A stretch of 64,000 nucleotides of DNA. Source: Hydrolagus colliei (lineage: Eukaryota). A program made the position numbers and the translations under genes. Position 1 is the stretch's first letter. The number at the start of each line of letters is the position of its first letter. The notes under the pieces were generated by a model. That model saw only the letters and a program-made list of their open reading frames with translations. It made no database searches and had not been told where the DNA came from. This document shows positions 22,963 to 35,050 of this stretch, one piece after another. The stretch lies in NCBI GenBank assembly GCA_035084275.1, contig CM068751.1:19840001-19904000 (forward strand), written 5' to 3'.

Positions 22963-25613
22963 ACAACAAGAAATAACAACAACAAAGCACAAGCAATGGT
23001 ATGGCGCTTTTCACATTGGAGAGACGTGAAGAGCGGGCATATCAAATGCAAGGATTATTATTAGGTTGGATAAAGTCACCTCTACCGATTCAGCATTCCC
23101 CTAGAACTGTACTTAAGTGTCAGCCTGGATTCTGGACTCGAATTACGACCCATCTCCCAAGGAGATGAGAATGCTGTCCACTGAGCCTGTTAAAGCAAAC
23201 ACTCGTACTCTAGCCGTCGCTGGAGAGTTGATTGGCCAAACTATGTTGGGATCAAGCCTGCTCTTCCTGCTCTTTGTGGCTTTGTTCCACGCTGGAGAAA
23301 GTACTTACTGATCAGACCGGTCGCAGCTAAAGCATAAAAGACTGAAATTGAAGCCAGGCTGGGAGAATCATCTGCTGAAGAAACAGCAGCCAGCAACTAA
23401 ATTTATATGGGAAATGAGAGTGGAAACGACACCTTTTCCGTTTGATGAGTCTCTGTCTGGGGGTCCTGCTAGAATCACATGTCTAGTGCTCAAACACTGG
23501 GACTTCAAAGAACAAGGGTCAGGTTTGTCATTATTGGCACACGTTCGATGGGCCTGAGGTGCTGAAAACTGAGAAATGCTGACAGTTCAGCTGGCAAACA
23601 GTTCGCCAAGAGTAAGCCAAAGTTCTAGATCATTCCTGCAAAACCATGACTTGTCTTTATTTACACTGGCATTTTGCGGAGTATTTATAGCTTTAATGCT
23701 TTTTGGGGAGCGGATGGGGGCGGACGGACCTCCCAGCAGTGAGACGACGTGATCTTGAATCGTTGCTTATTTGTGAGCTAAGGTATTTGTCTCTTCTATT
23801 GTGGGGGGTGGGGGGAGGGTGGGGGGGAATTGGTGATGGGAGGAGATGATATGGTGGGATACGCTTTCAGAGACCACCGGGAGATCACCACCACTTACCT
23901 CCCGCCCAAGTGGCCATTATACCTGTAGGGTCAATGAGGACAGACTCTTTCTGCGACCGATTTCACGCTGCTTTTCAGCCCCTCCGCCCCAGTCTTGCCC
24001 CACTACACTGAAGCACGTAATTACACATTCACACATTTCACGAGCTGTAGCATGATTGGCTTTCTTTTCTCCCAAAAAAAACTGTCTGTCTGAAATCCCA
24101 GCCGGACACTACATCCCTTTAGACGTCAGGCACCCATGAGTGTAGGATGATTGGGGGTGGGGTGGGGGGGGGGGGGAAGCCTGTCAAAGAGTTGTTGCGT
24201 TTTGCAGAATGCTAGGATTAGGGTCTATTGTTGCAGTGTTTTGACAGCACTTGTTGTCATAAAGAATCTTTACACTCTCGGAATGGAATCTGGCCTCTTT
24301 GAGACCGGCCGGGAAGGATTAATCACAACAATTAAGATCATGCATCAACATTTCGCGCTTTCCATCGACCAGCTCTGAGGGGAAAGACCTAGTTAAAGAC
24401 TTCATTATGATCATCAGATCTTTAAACCTAACCGCTCCCCAAAGCACATGGAGCTAAATGAAAATGATGGCAGTAAAGAAAAGCATCACAATTGGCCTAC
24501 ACAAGCTGACTGCACAGCCAGCCACCTCCCTTGGGTATTGCTTCACACTGATTATTCTTCCATTAGGATGTTATTGCCGGCTGAAGCAGGCTAACCTGAA
24601 AAGCAGCTCTCCGCAAACCTTGGCTGCACTAAAACGAGTCAGTGCAGATCAATGCAGCGGAAAAGGGTGTTCATTACAACCCACCCATACTGCCACCGAG
24701 ATGATTAAATGGACAAATTAATCAATGAGCAGCAAGATAGGGCAGACATTTATCACGTTATTCAATTTAACAAAAGAAGTGCTTAATTTCTAAATAATAC
24801 TGTATTTTGTATGCATTATCTCCTTACTCTTTTTTTTGTGAGTTGCACCTTGTCAGATATTTGCTCCCTTGTTTGATAGTCCAATTCTCCATGCTACACC
24901 TTCTGCAAGAGGTCAATCAAAGTGCTTTCTGGCTGGACCATTCACCACCTGACCACAAAGCACAAGGCTGACTTTCATCCACTATGCCTCGTCTACATGT
25001 GCCAAGAAATCATTGTATGAGGAGTCCAAGGCCCTGACCTGAGGTTCTTCTGAAATTTCACCTGATTGGAACTTGCAAGACCATTTTTATTTAAAAATGT
25101 GTGATTATTCGCAAAATTGTGGCAAATTTTCCTAAACTCAGTCTTAATATAGAAGCTGGTCTATTTAACCACCGTGATAAACTGGCTAGTGAATCAAGAC
25201 TGGACTTGATTCTAAGTGTAAACATCAAAATGTAAAAAAAAATACAAATTTTTATACTTAGATTTTAAGACAGAATGGTTTTGCAGGCTGAGACTGGCTG
25301 GAATCTGAATGCCTCAGATAAAGACTAACCATTTGCTCACAAAAGACCCACAAGCTTCACAACAGCCCGGCTGAAAGTTATACTGACTTATTATTATTAT
25401 CATTATTAAACTGTGCGCAATAATTATCTGAGGAAAAATAACTTTGTTTATCAAATAATAGGACATACTGCTCTGTCAGCCTTCCTGCTCTGTTCCATAC
25501 TGAGCCACAAAGGAAGTTTCGTTGACTCATTTCATGATTTTTCAGCAAAGATATTTTGTAAATCCATTTAACATGTGGAATCATCCACGCCCTCTATTCC
25601 AATCTTTCACCTT

Positions 25614-25657
25614 GGAGCTAACCACTAGGAGCTAACCACTACCACTGCTAACCACTG
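25614..25657. repeat. Short tandem duplication, GGAGCTAACCACTA x2 plus partial copies
   Basis: GGAGCTAACCACTAGGAGCTAACCACTACCACTGCTAACCACTG. Confidence 0.8.
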
Positions 25658-26935
25658 ATGGACAGACGGATAAATCAAAGTTGTTGTTGTGGATGTGTCT
25701 GAAACCAAAGTTTAGGCAGCATCATGTTGTCAGGCGATATTTCCTGTTCACCACCATTAGAAACACCTACCCAATTGAAGTCTTCTTCTGTTTTCTTTCC
25801 CAGCCTGCAAAGGATGCCCAGGTTATGCAAGAGAGCTGGAATCCTGATGTACAGCACATTTTGCTCTTAGGTTTAAACAGTCACTGTGTAAGGAGCATCT
25901 AGTTTGGAGCCAATAGCTTGCCACTTGCAGAGAATAATTATTAGTCGAGGTGGAAGTTCATGTTATAAAAGTGGCAAATGGAACTTGCTCTCGGCTGGTT
26001 AGGTTACATCTCTTCAACCCAGGAGCAGTTATAATATGTCCTAAAAGCCACGTTTTGCCCACCAAAGCTTCCCCTTCACCCATTGCTTTTAGCTGACTAT
26101 GTGTTTGAGCCTATTCACGGGCTGAAATGGGGAGCTGGCTGTTGGATTGATTGCTGTTCCTTCTCCCTCTGAGTCTCTAGTGAGAGAGGGAACACTATTA
26201 GCAGGTGGGTGTATGGTTGTATTAAAAGGATGACCTCTAGCTTTAATGTTGGTTTTATTCTGATCTTCTTGAGGGGATGTGCTGGCCTTCAATTGGAACT
26301 GCCCGCTGTAGGATAATTGAAATGGGGAGCTGGCTATGTTGGTACAGAACATGGCTGACCAAAAACAATTCAAGCAGATTTGGATCCCATCACTCCATGG
26401 CAGGGCGTTTCTGAGAACAGTCCTCAAGTGAGTGTGTTTAGCCAGTTAGCTGGTATTATTGGCATAAGTACCAGTCCCCCTCCTCCTGTTCCTTTCCCTC
26501 TGACTTCTCGTTATGTTGAGTAATTCACGCCCCACTTAGAAGGCAGGTAATGTCACCTGGTTTGAACCATTGGATGGACAGAGCAGCAGTGAATGTTGTT
26601 CCCCGCTTTTATTGTCTCTTGTCCCTGTGGTTGTGGACCCAGATCACAGGCAGCTCAGTGCTTCCGACTGCTGGCGGCAGTTCATCAGAACCTGAAAGGC
26701 AGTCGTAGCGATTGCTCCAATTTAAAAACAAATCCATTTAAAAGTTGGCTTCACCATGTGTGGCTGTGACTCTGTAACCTGTGCAAAGATGAGATGAATG
26801 CTTCCTTCTCTTGCAGACCAGTTGACATCTTCAGTGTCCAGCAATCAGGATTGGTTTTGAATTCTCTCCCTCGTCCCTCTGAGCAGAGGGCGCTGAGATC
26901 AATTATGAGCAATCCTATTGCCCAGCTAACTCAAT

Positions 26936-27003
26936 ACAACAACAACAACAACTTTGATTTATATAGCGCCCTCCACGCCAGACGGCATGTCAGAGTGCTT
27001 TAC
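26936..27003 (-). mobile_element. L2 3' tail fragment
   Basis: (AAC)n-TTTGATTTATATAGCGCCCTCCACGCCAGACGGCATGTCAGAGTGCTTTAC. Confidence 0.75.
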
Positions 27004-30000
27004 ATACACTGGAAACTTCCCAGTCTCGGTAACTCAGTTACACTGAGAAATGTGTTACAAATCCAGTGGATTTGCCCCCTTTCTACTGAAGGAGTTCAAA
27101 TGACAGATTGTGTCTGGAACATCAGGACTGTGATTCATTCTGCAACACATCTCATTTAGCTCCCCCACCCAGCTCCCTCTGTAAGGTTGTATTGAATACT
27201 ATTGCAATGTGCATGGTGTGTTTGGAGCACAACATCCTTTTTTTTCACACTGATATCTTTAGGCCGTGTTAACTTTGTCGACCATTTGTTCGTTTATTTA
27301 ACCCTCTGGTGGTGATTTTACTAAAAGCGCTGTAGGTATGCTGGTTCACAATCTCCCAAGTTTCAGTCATTCTAACTCAGTCCTCAGCCTGGTGTTCTGA
27401 TGTCCCCCCTCCCCTGCTCCTCCACAGTGTCAAACTTTTTAATATAAAAGTTGCTATGCCATTTCCTACCACCAGGGGGACACCAATTGCATTCTGGGAT
27501 AATGCCGCCAATGATTTTGGGGCATAAACATGACCCACAATCTGGAGGATGAGCGCCCTATCTGATTCTCCCTCCCGCCCGCCACCCCGTCCACATACAC
27601 ACAACACTCAGAGCTGGGACAAGATGTCATCTAAGCCGAGATACTTTAACCAACCATCCGGAAATAAAACCTGCGACCTTCCAAATCTGCGTGGCTTAGG
27701 TCTAAACAAGGCAAAATTGACTTTTGCCAATGTTTTAAAGGAGAGAAAATATGTGTTTGTGACATATGTTTAAATATTTACCCTATAGGTGCGGTAAAAT
27801 GATACGTACAGATAGATTTTGTTGCTCTGCCCACAATGCGTGGCAAAAAAAAAGCAAGATAGAGAAAAATCCATCCCATAGTTCATTGCCGAAACAAGAA
27901 ACCATTCATAGCGAAAGTGATTTGGCCTCTTGAGTTACATGTCTGAGCAACACAGAAGCACACACACAGGTCACCAGACTTGGCAGAGGACTGCGTTTGC
28001 GAGTAAACTATTGACATTTGTCATTATTCAAAAAGGGCCGTGCTCTGCTTTTAACTTTAATTAACCCCTTTGATGCCGTATCATCTGATCTCCCAAGTCA
28101 TGCAAGATTGGAATCTTACATTTCTTCAGAGTCCGCAGTAAAGAGTTATGTTAGTTTGCGTTCCTGGTAACACTACAGGGTAGGAGAATTCTGGTTGGCT
28201 TCTTCCATTTCCTTCGCACCTTGCTATTGGTATTGAGATGTGGTTGTCCTGTACTGGTGTTGGTTTTGATCGAGCAGTTAGCAGGGTGACAAAGTCACAT
28301 TTCCCCCAAATCGATCCTGGTCCAGTTTGTTTTTTTATGAATAAGGAGAATACTGTACGCCCCATTATCTCAGTCCTTTAATTGTGCTTTGGTGATTCTT
28401 TGATTATATCCCCATGTGAAATTGGTTATTATATTATGTGTCTTATTCTTGAAGTTCTATTGTAGTCAACCTTTGTTGCCCCTGTGTCAGCCCAATGGCG
28501 AAGCAATATTTGTGAACTGCAGTTCTTCTGACGAGTGACTTGAGTTCCTCCAGTGATTGATAGGCCTTCTTGGTGGTGCCAGGGGGTTAGTTTTTCTTAA
28601 TAAGTGATCTTCAATAATGAGGCTCAATCGGTGGTTATGAAGCAAAGTGTTGGTTATTCATTAAGGATCAGTTGTGACTTTCAGACTCCCGGGTCATTTT
28701 GACCCAAACAGAACCTGGCCCATCACACTCAACACCTGACCTGAGTTGACATCACTGAGCCACAGTTGGTAGCTCAGGTGAAATGTAGGCCCAGATCCAA
28801 GTTTTATGCCAGTTATTGTCCTACCATTAAACTGGAGCCGAAACAATTAAAACGAAAGGCTAACTAACGTACACTCAGTCCACCGAAGCCCGGACATTTG
28901 GTGCACTGCTTATTGGCATTGCCCAGTGATTTCAATTTAGTTGATCCCATTCTTACTTGCATGCTTCCGACTGCTATCGCCAAGTAAGGGCAGTTTCTAA
29001 GAACCCTATTTAGCTAATTCCTCTGACTAGATTGGCTGAAGAGAAACTCATTTGATTTCTCTTTACACATTACAGATTTTTTTCAAAAGAGGAAGTTGAT
29101 CTCAATTGTTAAGGAAATTGTTAAGGAACAGGTATCAGGGGGTGACTATTTGAGCTCACTTTGCTTCTTTGATGTCTGAAATGCTACCTACTCACCAACT
29201 GGGCAGCCCATTTCAACAGCTCAGTTGTCCACTGGATTTGTCCACACCAGGGCTACTTTGATGCACTAGAGTTCAGAGTAAAATGATCTGGATTGTTCAG
29301 ATGGTAATGGACTGCCCAGTCAGTATTGCTTTAAACTATACAGTCGAGAAGGATTCAGGATTCAATTTTTTGTTTTTGCAAATTTCAGAAGATTAACGTA
29401 GGAAACTGTCTAGTGTGGCTGAATTTCACTCGAGTGAGGAACTCGACAAAAGGAAGAGTGTGTGTCTTCAGTATCCTGGGCTTGGCAGGGAATCCAGATT
29501 GTAAGTAATTACTACTGGAAAGTGAGTGGATGTTAGATAGGGGCTTGGTAGTGATATCCCCCCCCACCCACCCTGCTTCCTGTTCCTCCATCGCCCCCAG
29601 TGCAGTAACATAGCCTCCTTGTATATACTCTGTACTGGTTCATCGTTACAGATTGACTTGTTAGGTTAGGCTTCCGATGTTGACTGGCACCAATCAAGCT
29701 GTGTCCCAAGATGGACGCGGTCTTTCAACAGAGGACAATGCGAAACAACTCTGGACACAAACCTATGACTTAATCTGTCACTCATCCCTTGCTATTTAAT
29801 CCAGAGTTCTGTGGTCTCTGCATTGTTGACAGCATAGCAATAAGAATTACACAATTGCGACAGGAAAGGGTGCTACTAAAACCGACAGGAGAATGGCAAC
29901 TAATTAGGATCTTGCTAAATTTTGGATCCCAAACTAATAAAAACTAACACCTCAAGAAAAGGAAAGTGCGACTCCTTGCCGAAGAATAACACAAGGCTGT

Positions 30001-30267
30001 TTGTTCAGGATTAATGCTGGTGATTTTTGTGAACAGATTAATAAAAATCATGGGTTCAAACTGCCACAGCAGAAAATATTCTAAAAATTCGACAGTTAAT
30101 GTTAGAGTACTTGAAATAAACTGTCTCCAAAAGCAGGAATGTCGTCTTGTACCAGGGTCATTCTTTTATTTACCGAGGTTTTGTCAACTCAGCTGTATCT
30201 AGTAAAACTGAACTCCCTTCAACTCCTAAAATTAACTACACAATTTATTGGGAAGAGAAAAGTAAAT

Positions 30268-30470
30268 TCCTCCCCCCCAAAAAACACGATAATAAATTGG
30301 TCATTTCATTCCACAATTGTTTGTGGGCGAGACCGCTGTGCGCAATTGGCTGCTGCGTTTCACCCACAATTATACAGTCAATTCCATTTACAGTATATTC
30401 TGTGAAGCACTTTGAGACATCTAGAAGACATAAAAAGCGCTATATCAAATGCAAGGATTATTATTATTAG
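30268..30470 (+). mobile_element. 5'-truncated tRNA(Val) SINE
   Basis: Body from CCAAAAAACACGATAATAAATTGGTCATTTC to GGATTATTATTATTAG. Confidence 0.9.
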
Positions 30471-31378
30471 TGTTATTAGTGTTATAACTATTGTTCACTT
30501 CAGTTTGCTGGTTTAAAATGGAATTTCTTGAATATATTTTTTAAAATAAAGTAGCTTGCTATATTAAAAGTCCAGGGGCACAAAGATAGAAGAATAAGGC
30601 ACCAAGAGGGTTTGTTTCTGATACCAGCAGAAGTGAATGACACCTGTAAGTACAGGTGTGATGGTGGCTGAAGCACACCAGGCTGCCTCGAATGCTATTT
30701 CATCCTTTTTCAATAGTCCCGTCGGCAACTCCGGCAACTCCTGGCAGCACATACAGAAATTGTTCTGCTCAGGCTTCAAGACCTGGGTGGGAGCTGTTTA
30801 CTGAAGAATGAACTGAGAGCAATAACCTAAGGGTTGGTAAAGAGCAAGGAGCAGTGGTATACAAATTCACGTACACACTGAATCGAAGTGTTCGTGTTCC
30901 GCAGACACTAGAATAATATAGAAAGGGGAGACTGATAAACAGAAGGAAGACTGGAAGGAAATGGAGGAACACATAGGAAGCAAAATCAAGGAAGGAAGGA
31001 AGCCCCCGTCCATCAGAGTACTGCAAGCTGGTTATTGTAATGCGAGCTCATCAAAAGTTTCCTGATAACCAGTCTCGGCAGAAGCGGGTTCATCTCAGAA
31101 CTTTTTCAAGTATTCAAGAGTGGGAGGTTTCCACTGTCTGGCCTCTCATAATACATGAATAATGAAGTGCTGAACAATAAGATGATAAGTTGTTGCGAAG
31201 GTGAGAAAGGGGCACAAATCTGCAATGTGCATATGAATTGCAAGGCAACACAGAGCAGACATATTAGAAACTGTTGTAGTGAACTTTTCAACATCAACTC
31301 TCATTGAAAAGCTTTTTCTATCTCCGCAAAATGTGCTAGCAACCTCGAATGCTACAGTATATTCTTTAAGAATTTTAA

Positions 31379-31578
31379 AAACAACAAAATGACATATGTA
31401 TAGCGCCTTTCACATCAGGAGGACAGGCCAAGGCCCTGGACAGTTATTGATTCAGACCCGAGCTGAGGAAAGGGTGGTGGGGAGGGGGCGGAGGTGTTGC
31501 CGATGGGCCCATCGAAGAGGAGAGTCTTGAAGGAGGCTAGGGAGGGGGCAAGGCGGAGAGACTTCGGGATGGAATACA
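31379..31578 (-). mobile_element. 5'-truncated L2 LINE: ORF2 C-terminus and tail
   Basis: Minus-strand translation LYSIPKSLRLAPSLASFKTLLFDGA; tail ACAACAAAATGACATATGTATAGCGCCTTTCACATCAGGAGGAC; paralogous to 7361-7600. Confidence 0.83.
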
Positions 31579-31857
31579 AACCTTAATATCTCATGCTGCC
31601 ATCCCCTCCCTTTTTTTAAATCAAGTATCCTCTGAGATTTGTTGTATTGGGCTCTTGTTCAATGCTGTCGTATTGGACTTGTCTATTTTGGACATGCTGG
31701 GAGATTTCTGTTTGGCTTCTTGTTTCGGAGCAGTATGGGTGAACTCTAGTAGATGAGTTTCTGCACAGCACCCAATGCATTGAATATCCTGCAGTATGTG
31801 AGAATATTGCACGAGCCCTTCAACGGGCTCCATTTTGTATCTCTACAAATAGCTTGT

Positions 31858-32182
31858 GCAGTTCCTGTAGCTCAGTGGTTAGAGCACTCACTTTACAAGC
31901 ATGACACCTGTATTCAAATCCAGCCAAATCAGGCACATCGAAACCTTGGGCAAGTTTCCTTACTCCACACACACGCTTAAAAATAACCTGTCCAAAAAAA
32001 ACACAATAATAAAAATTAGTCATTTCAATCCACGACTGTTTGTGGGGGACACTGCTGTGCGCAATTGGCTGCTGCGTTTCACCCACAAATATACAGTCAA
32101 TTCACTTTACAGTATTTTCTGTGAAGCGCTTTGAGACGTAGATAAGATGTAAAAAGCGTTATATCAAATGCAATATTTATTA
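31858..32182 (+). mobile_element. Full-length tRNA(Val)-derived SINE
   Basis: GTTCCTGTAGCTCAGTGGTTAGAGCACTC head through to the ATATCAAATGCAA tail. Confidence 0.92.
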
Positions 32183-32426
32183 CATAAATAGCGACTTTTT
32201 AATTGTCAGAGGGAAAGCTTGTAATTATTTTATTTGGGGAATTGTAATGTCAAGTGATACTGACAAGTATTTCTGCAGGTGTGTCATACAGGCCTCTCCC
32301 CACTCCTATTCTTGTTCCTTCACTTGGATTTCCCAAATAAACATCTAGAAGAATGTGTCTACTAAAGATACCTGGAGGCATCTATGCGCTGTGCAGAACT
32401 TGTCCTTTTTTGAGTGAAAGCAGATA

Positions 32427-32655
32427 CAGTAAAACCTCCATGATCCGGCAAGGTTGGGGCCCACTCACTTCCTGGATTTTGGAGTTTGCCGGTATTTAGA
32501 AACTACCCTAGAAAGGGCTGGGGAATCTCGCCCCATGCATCAGGTGTGCTTTAAAACATCATAGGAAAAAAATCTTATGCTATATGTATTTTGAAATCTT
32601 GCCAGTTTCAAGGGGTTGCTGGCTTTCGGAAGGGCGGATTATCGAGGTTTTATTG
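32427..32655. mobile_element. Tc1/mariner (Tigger-like) MITE
   Basis: TA|CAGTAAAACCTCCATGATCCG ... CGGATTATCGAGGTTTTATTG|CA: ~21-bp imperfect TIRs and a degenerate TA TSD. The interior matches 45294-45610 in the opposite orientation. Confidence 0.85.
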
Positions 32656-34116
32656 CACCATTGAACCACTGATGGAGCTTCAATGTCAGGGTCAAATCAA
32701 ATTACAATTTGGTGGCAGGTTGGACATCACAAAATCACATGATTGGTTTGGATGGAAAAACAACTTCTCATCTCATCCAATCTCATCCTTCCAAAACCCT
32801 CACTTTACCGTTCCCCCATCATCACATCACATGATTGTCCTGTTTGGTCTAAAGAGTCGTGGCTTTGAAGTAGATATGTCTCCTTTTTACCTCCAATATT
32901 GACCCTCTTATTCCAGTTACAAAGGAACAAGAAAGAGAATGTTAGCACAACTAAAATGAGACACATTTTGATGACTCCCCTGGTTTTCAAAACCAATGTC
33001 AATGTGAACAACTTTGATTTCATTACCTTTCCAAAACTTCTGTGGGAGAGCAGTGTTTGGGTGGGGGTGGGGGTGGGGGAGGGTGGGCAGTTGTCACTAC
33101 AAAAAACAAGCAGAAAAAAAATGAAATTCTTGAAATGGTAGATCTATCATGGGTATGTCCAGAATCTGAAATCGATAACTTGTGCTTCGTGTGACGCGAG
33201 TGTGACGTGCGCGCGATAAAAGTTCGCAAATGTCAACACAATTATCGCCATAGCACCTCGTTACTCAACATTTGACTGGTCATTGATTAGAAAATGTGTC
33301 TTGATGCTGGCAAAGATTCAACTGAATCAGTTAAGCAGCATCTCCCTACGCCAGCATAGGACAAGTCGCAGATAGATAATGTTATCCTTGTGACGTGACC
33401 CTGACCTTTGACAACCTTCAGAAAGGCCTAGTCTGAAGCCAGGGCCTAATGTTTGTAAACAGGATGTAATTAAGCCTGGGAACTGACAAGGCCTGACAGT
33501 AAGACAATGCAAGGCTTGCAGAGAGCACTCTGTCAGCTGTCAGCTCACATTGTGTTCTAAGTGCCTTCTTAATAATTAGTGTCCCCTCTCTGAAGGAGCT
33601 GCCCTCAGTGTGGTTTAATCTGTCACTGTATGGAGTCCATCCTCATGAGTACAAGTGTTTCCTCTGATAAACCTTATTTTTTTGGGGGTGGGTGGGTGGA
33701 GGGGGGGAAATCAGAAAGAATAGCAAAACAGTCTAAATGAAAACCGTGGAAGTCCCAGAATGAAATGACGGGCGCTGACAGACAGTCTGAGAAGAATAAT
33801 TTCCGAGTGCCCAAAAGTGCATTGTCTGTAAACTCGAGGTGGATGACTAATTAGATAGCTTGGCTGTGCAGCAACTCTTTGTCTGCTTTGGGGGATGAGG
33901 GTGGGGGGAGGACAAGATTCATGTGATCTTTTGTAACCGCACAACTTTAACTGTATGCTCCTCGGGCAATGGATGTCATCTGGTACTTTACCCAAGTGCC
34001 AATTCTTCATGTAGGATCCCAGTATTGGCAGGTTTATTCGAGTGTGAGAGTGCTGGAGAGATATCACTCTGCTTTGAAACTGTCCTTGCCCAACAGTCAT
34101 ATATATATATATGCTC

Positions 34117-34135
34117 TTTCCAGTAGGAGGCACTA
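34117..34135 (+). promoter_or_regulatory. Candidate CTCF site
   Basis: TTTCCAGTAGGAGGCACTA versus the core CCASYAGRKGGCRSY, one mismatch; motif match only. Confidence 0.4.
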
Positions 34136-34256
34136 GATAACAGGCAAGGAACAAGACTCTGGCTGAACAGGTTCCTCTCAGAGCTTTGCTGAAAGTAACT
34201 CTAGGTTAGGGGCGCTCTTTCCTTGGATGTTGAAGATGTACGTACGTTTGCGTTCA

Positions 34257-34312
34257 AATAACAAATCGCATTGATATAAGAGGCTTTCAAGTCGGGAGGA
34301 TGTCCCAGGGCG
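34257..34312 (-). mobile_element. L2 3' tail fragment
   Basis: AACAAATCGCATTGATATAAGAGGCTTTCAAGTCGGGAGGATGTCCCAGGGCG. Confidence 0.68.
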
Positions 34313-34954
34313 ATGTCCGAAGCCCCCCCATAGTATTCTTCCGCTCGAAATCTAGGTTGGAGGTGGACTGGGAAGCATATGGCGTGTGACCTTCTCAGTC
34401 TTTGATCATTTCCATTTTATATTGTGTGTAAAATGAAACCTTTGGACAAGTTTGACCCTCCCCATCCCCCCCTCCCCCCCACACCCACTCTCTCCATGAC
34501 AATCATTAACACTCTACCTACAGCCTGACTTACAATGTACAGTCAGTGTCAATGCACATTGGTGCAATCTGTTCAAGTTTCAATGTTACCCCAAAATAAT
34601 GAACCAAACAAAATTTTTGTCCCAACAATTTCCCCAATTGCCCTCTTGTAGGAGCTGACCCATACTTAGATTTTACAGCAGCCCGCCCACCCCCCGCCCC
34701 TCACATGTCTCGTCCAAGCAGCTAATTCTTGATGAATTGGGCAAGGCAACTGAAACCGAAGGCACCGGAACCTCACTCCAAAATGTTCCTTCAAGCTCTG
34801 TGGGGTATTGTGGCACTTCAGCTGAGACCTTAGTGATTTGATTTGATCAGTGATTTACTTCATTGTTTAAATTGCTTGCAAATCGAAAAATCCGCCTTGT
34901 GTACAGTTTGGAGTTTAGTCTAAGCACATTATTTATATGGTGAAGGAGGGGTTA

Positions 34955-35050
34955 GAGAGTATGTATGTGTGTGCGTATGTGTGTATAAGAGAGAGAGATA
35001 GAGGCACAGAGTGTATGTGTGTGTGTGTGTGGTTGAGAGAGAGAGAGAGG
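34955..35050. repeat. Compound (TG)n/(AG)n microsatellite
   Basis: Alternating GTGT and GAGA runs. Confidence 0.8.

Larger units (their letters stand above)
22500..23190 (-). mobile_element. Old DeuSINE-like element interrupted by several younger insertions
   Basis: Left part TTCATCTGAAC...CTTAGTTTAAGGCTTTATCTAAAG and right part CACCTCTACCGATTCAGCATTCCCC...AGTGTCAGCCTGGATT...GATGAGAATGCTGTCCACTGAGC are collinear with 63625-63947. Confidence 0.65.

Noticed and set aside
25614-25657. Short direct repeats as a possible CRISPR-like array
   Set aside because: Units abut without unique spacers; slippage duplication in eukaryotic DNA (similar cases near 2923, 29105, 30723 and 56070)
28691-28705. 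GGGTCATTTTGACCC palindrome reminiscent of piggyBac subterminal repeats
   Set aside because: No matching TTAA-flanked terminal inverted repeats found around it
30564-30790. Cys-containing ORF (NFCMCCQELPELP) with a possible minus-strand acceptor
   Set aside because: No recognisable domain, no convincing donor, and it contains a slippage duplication (CGGCAACTC x2)
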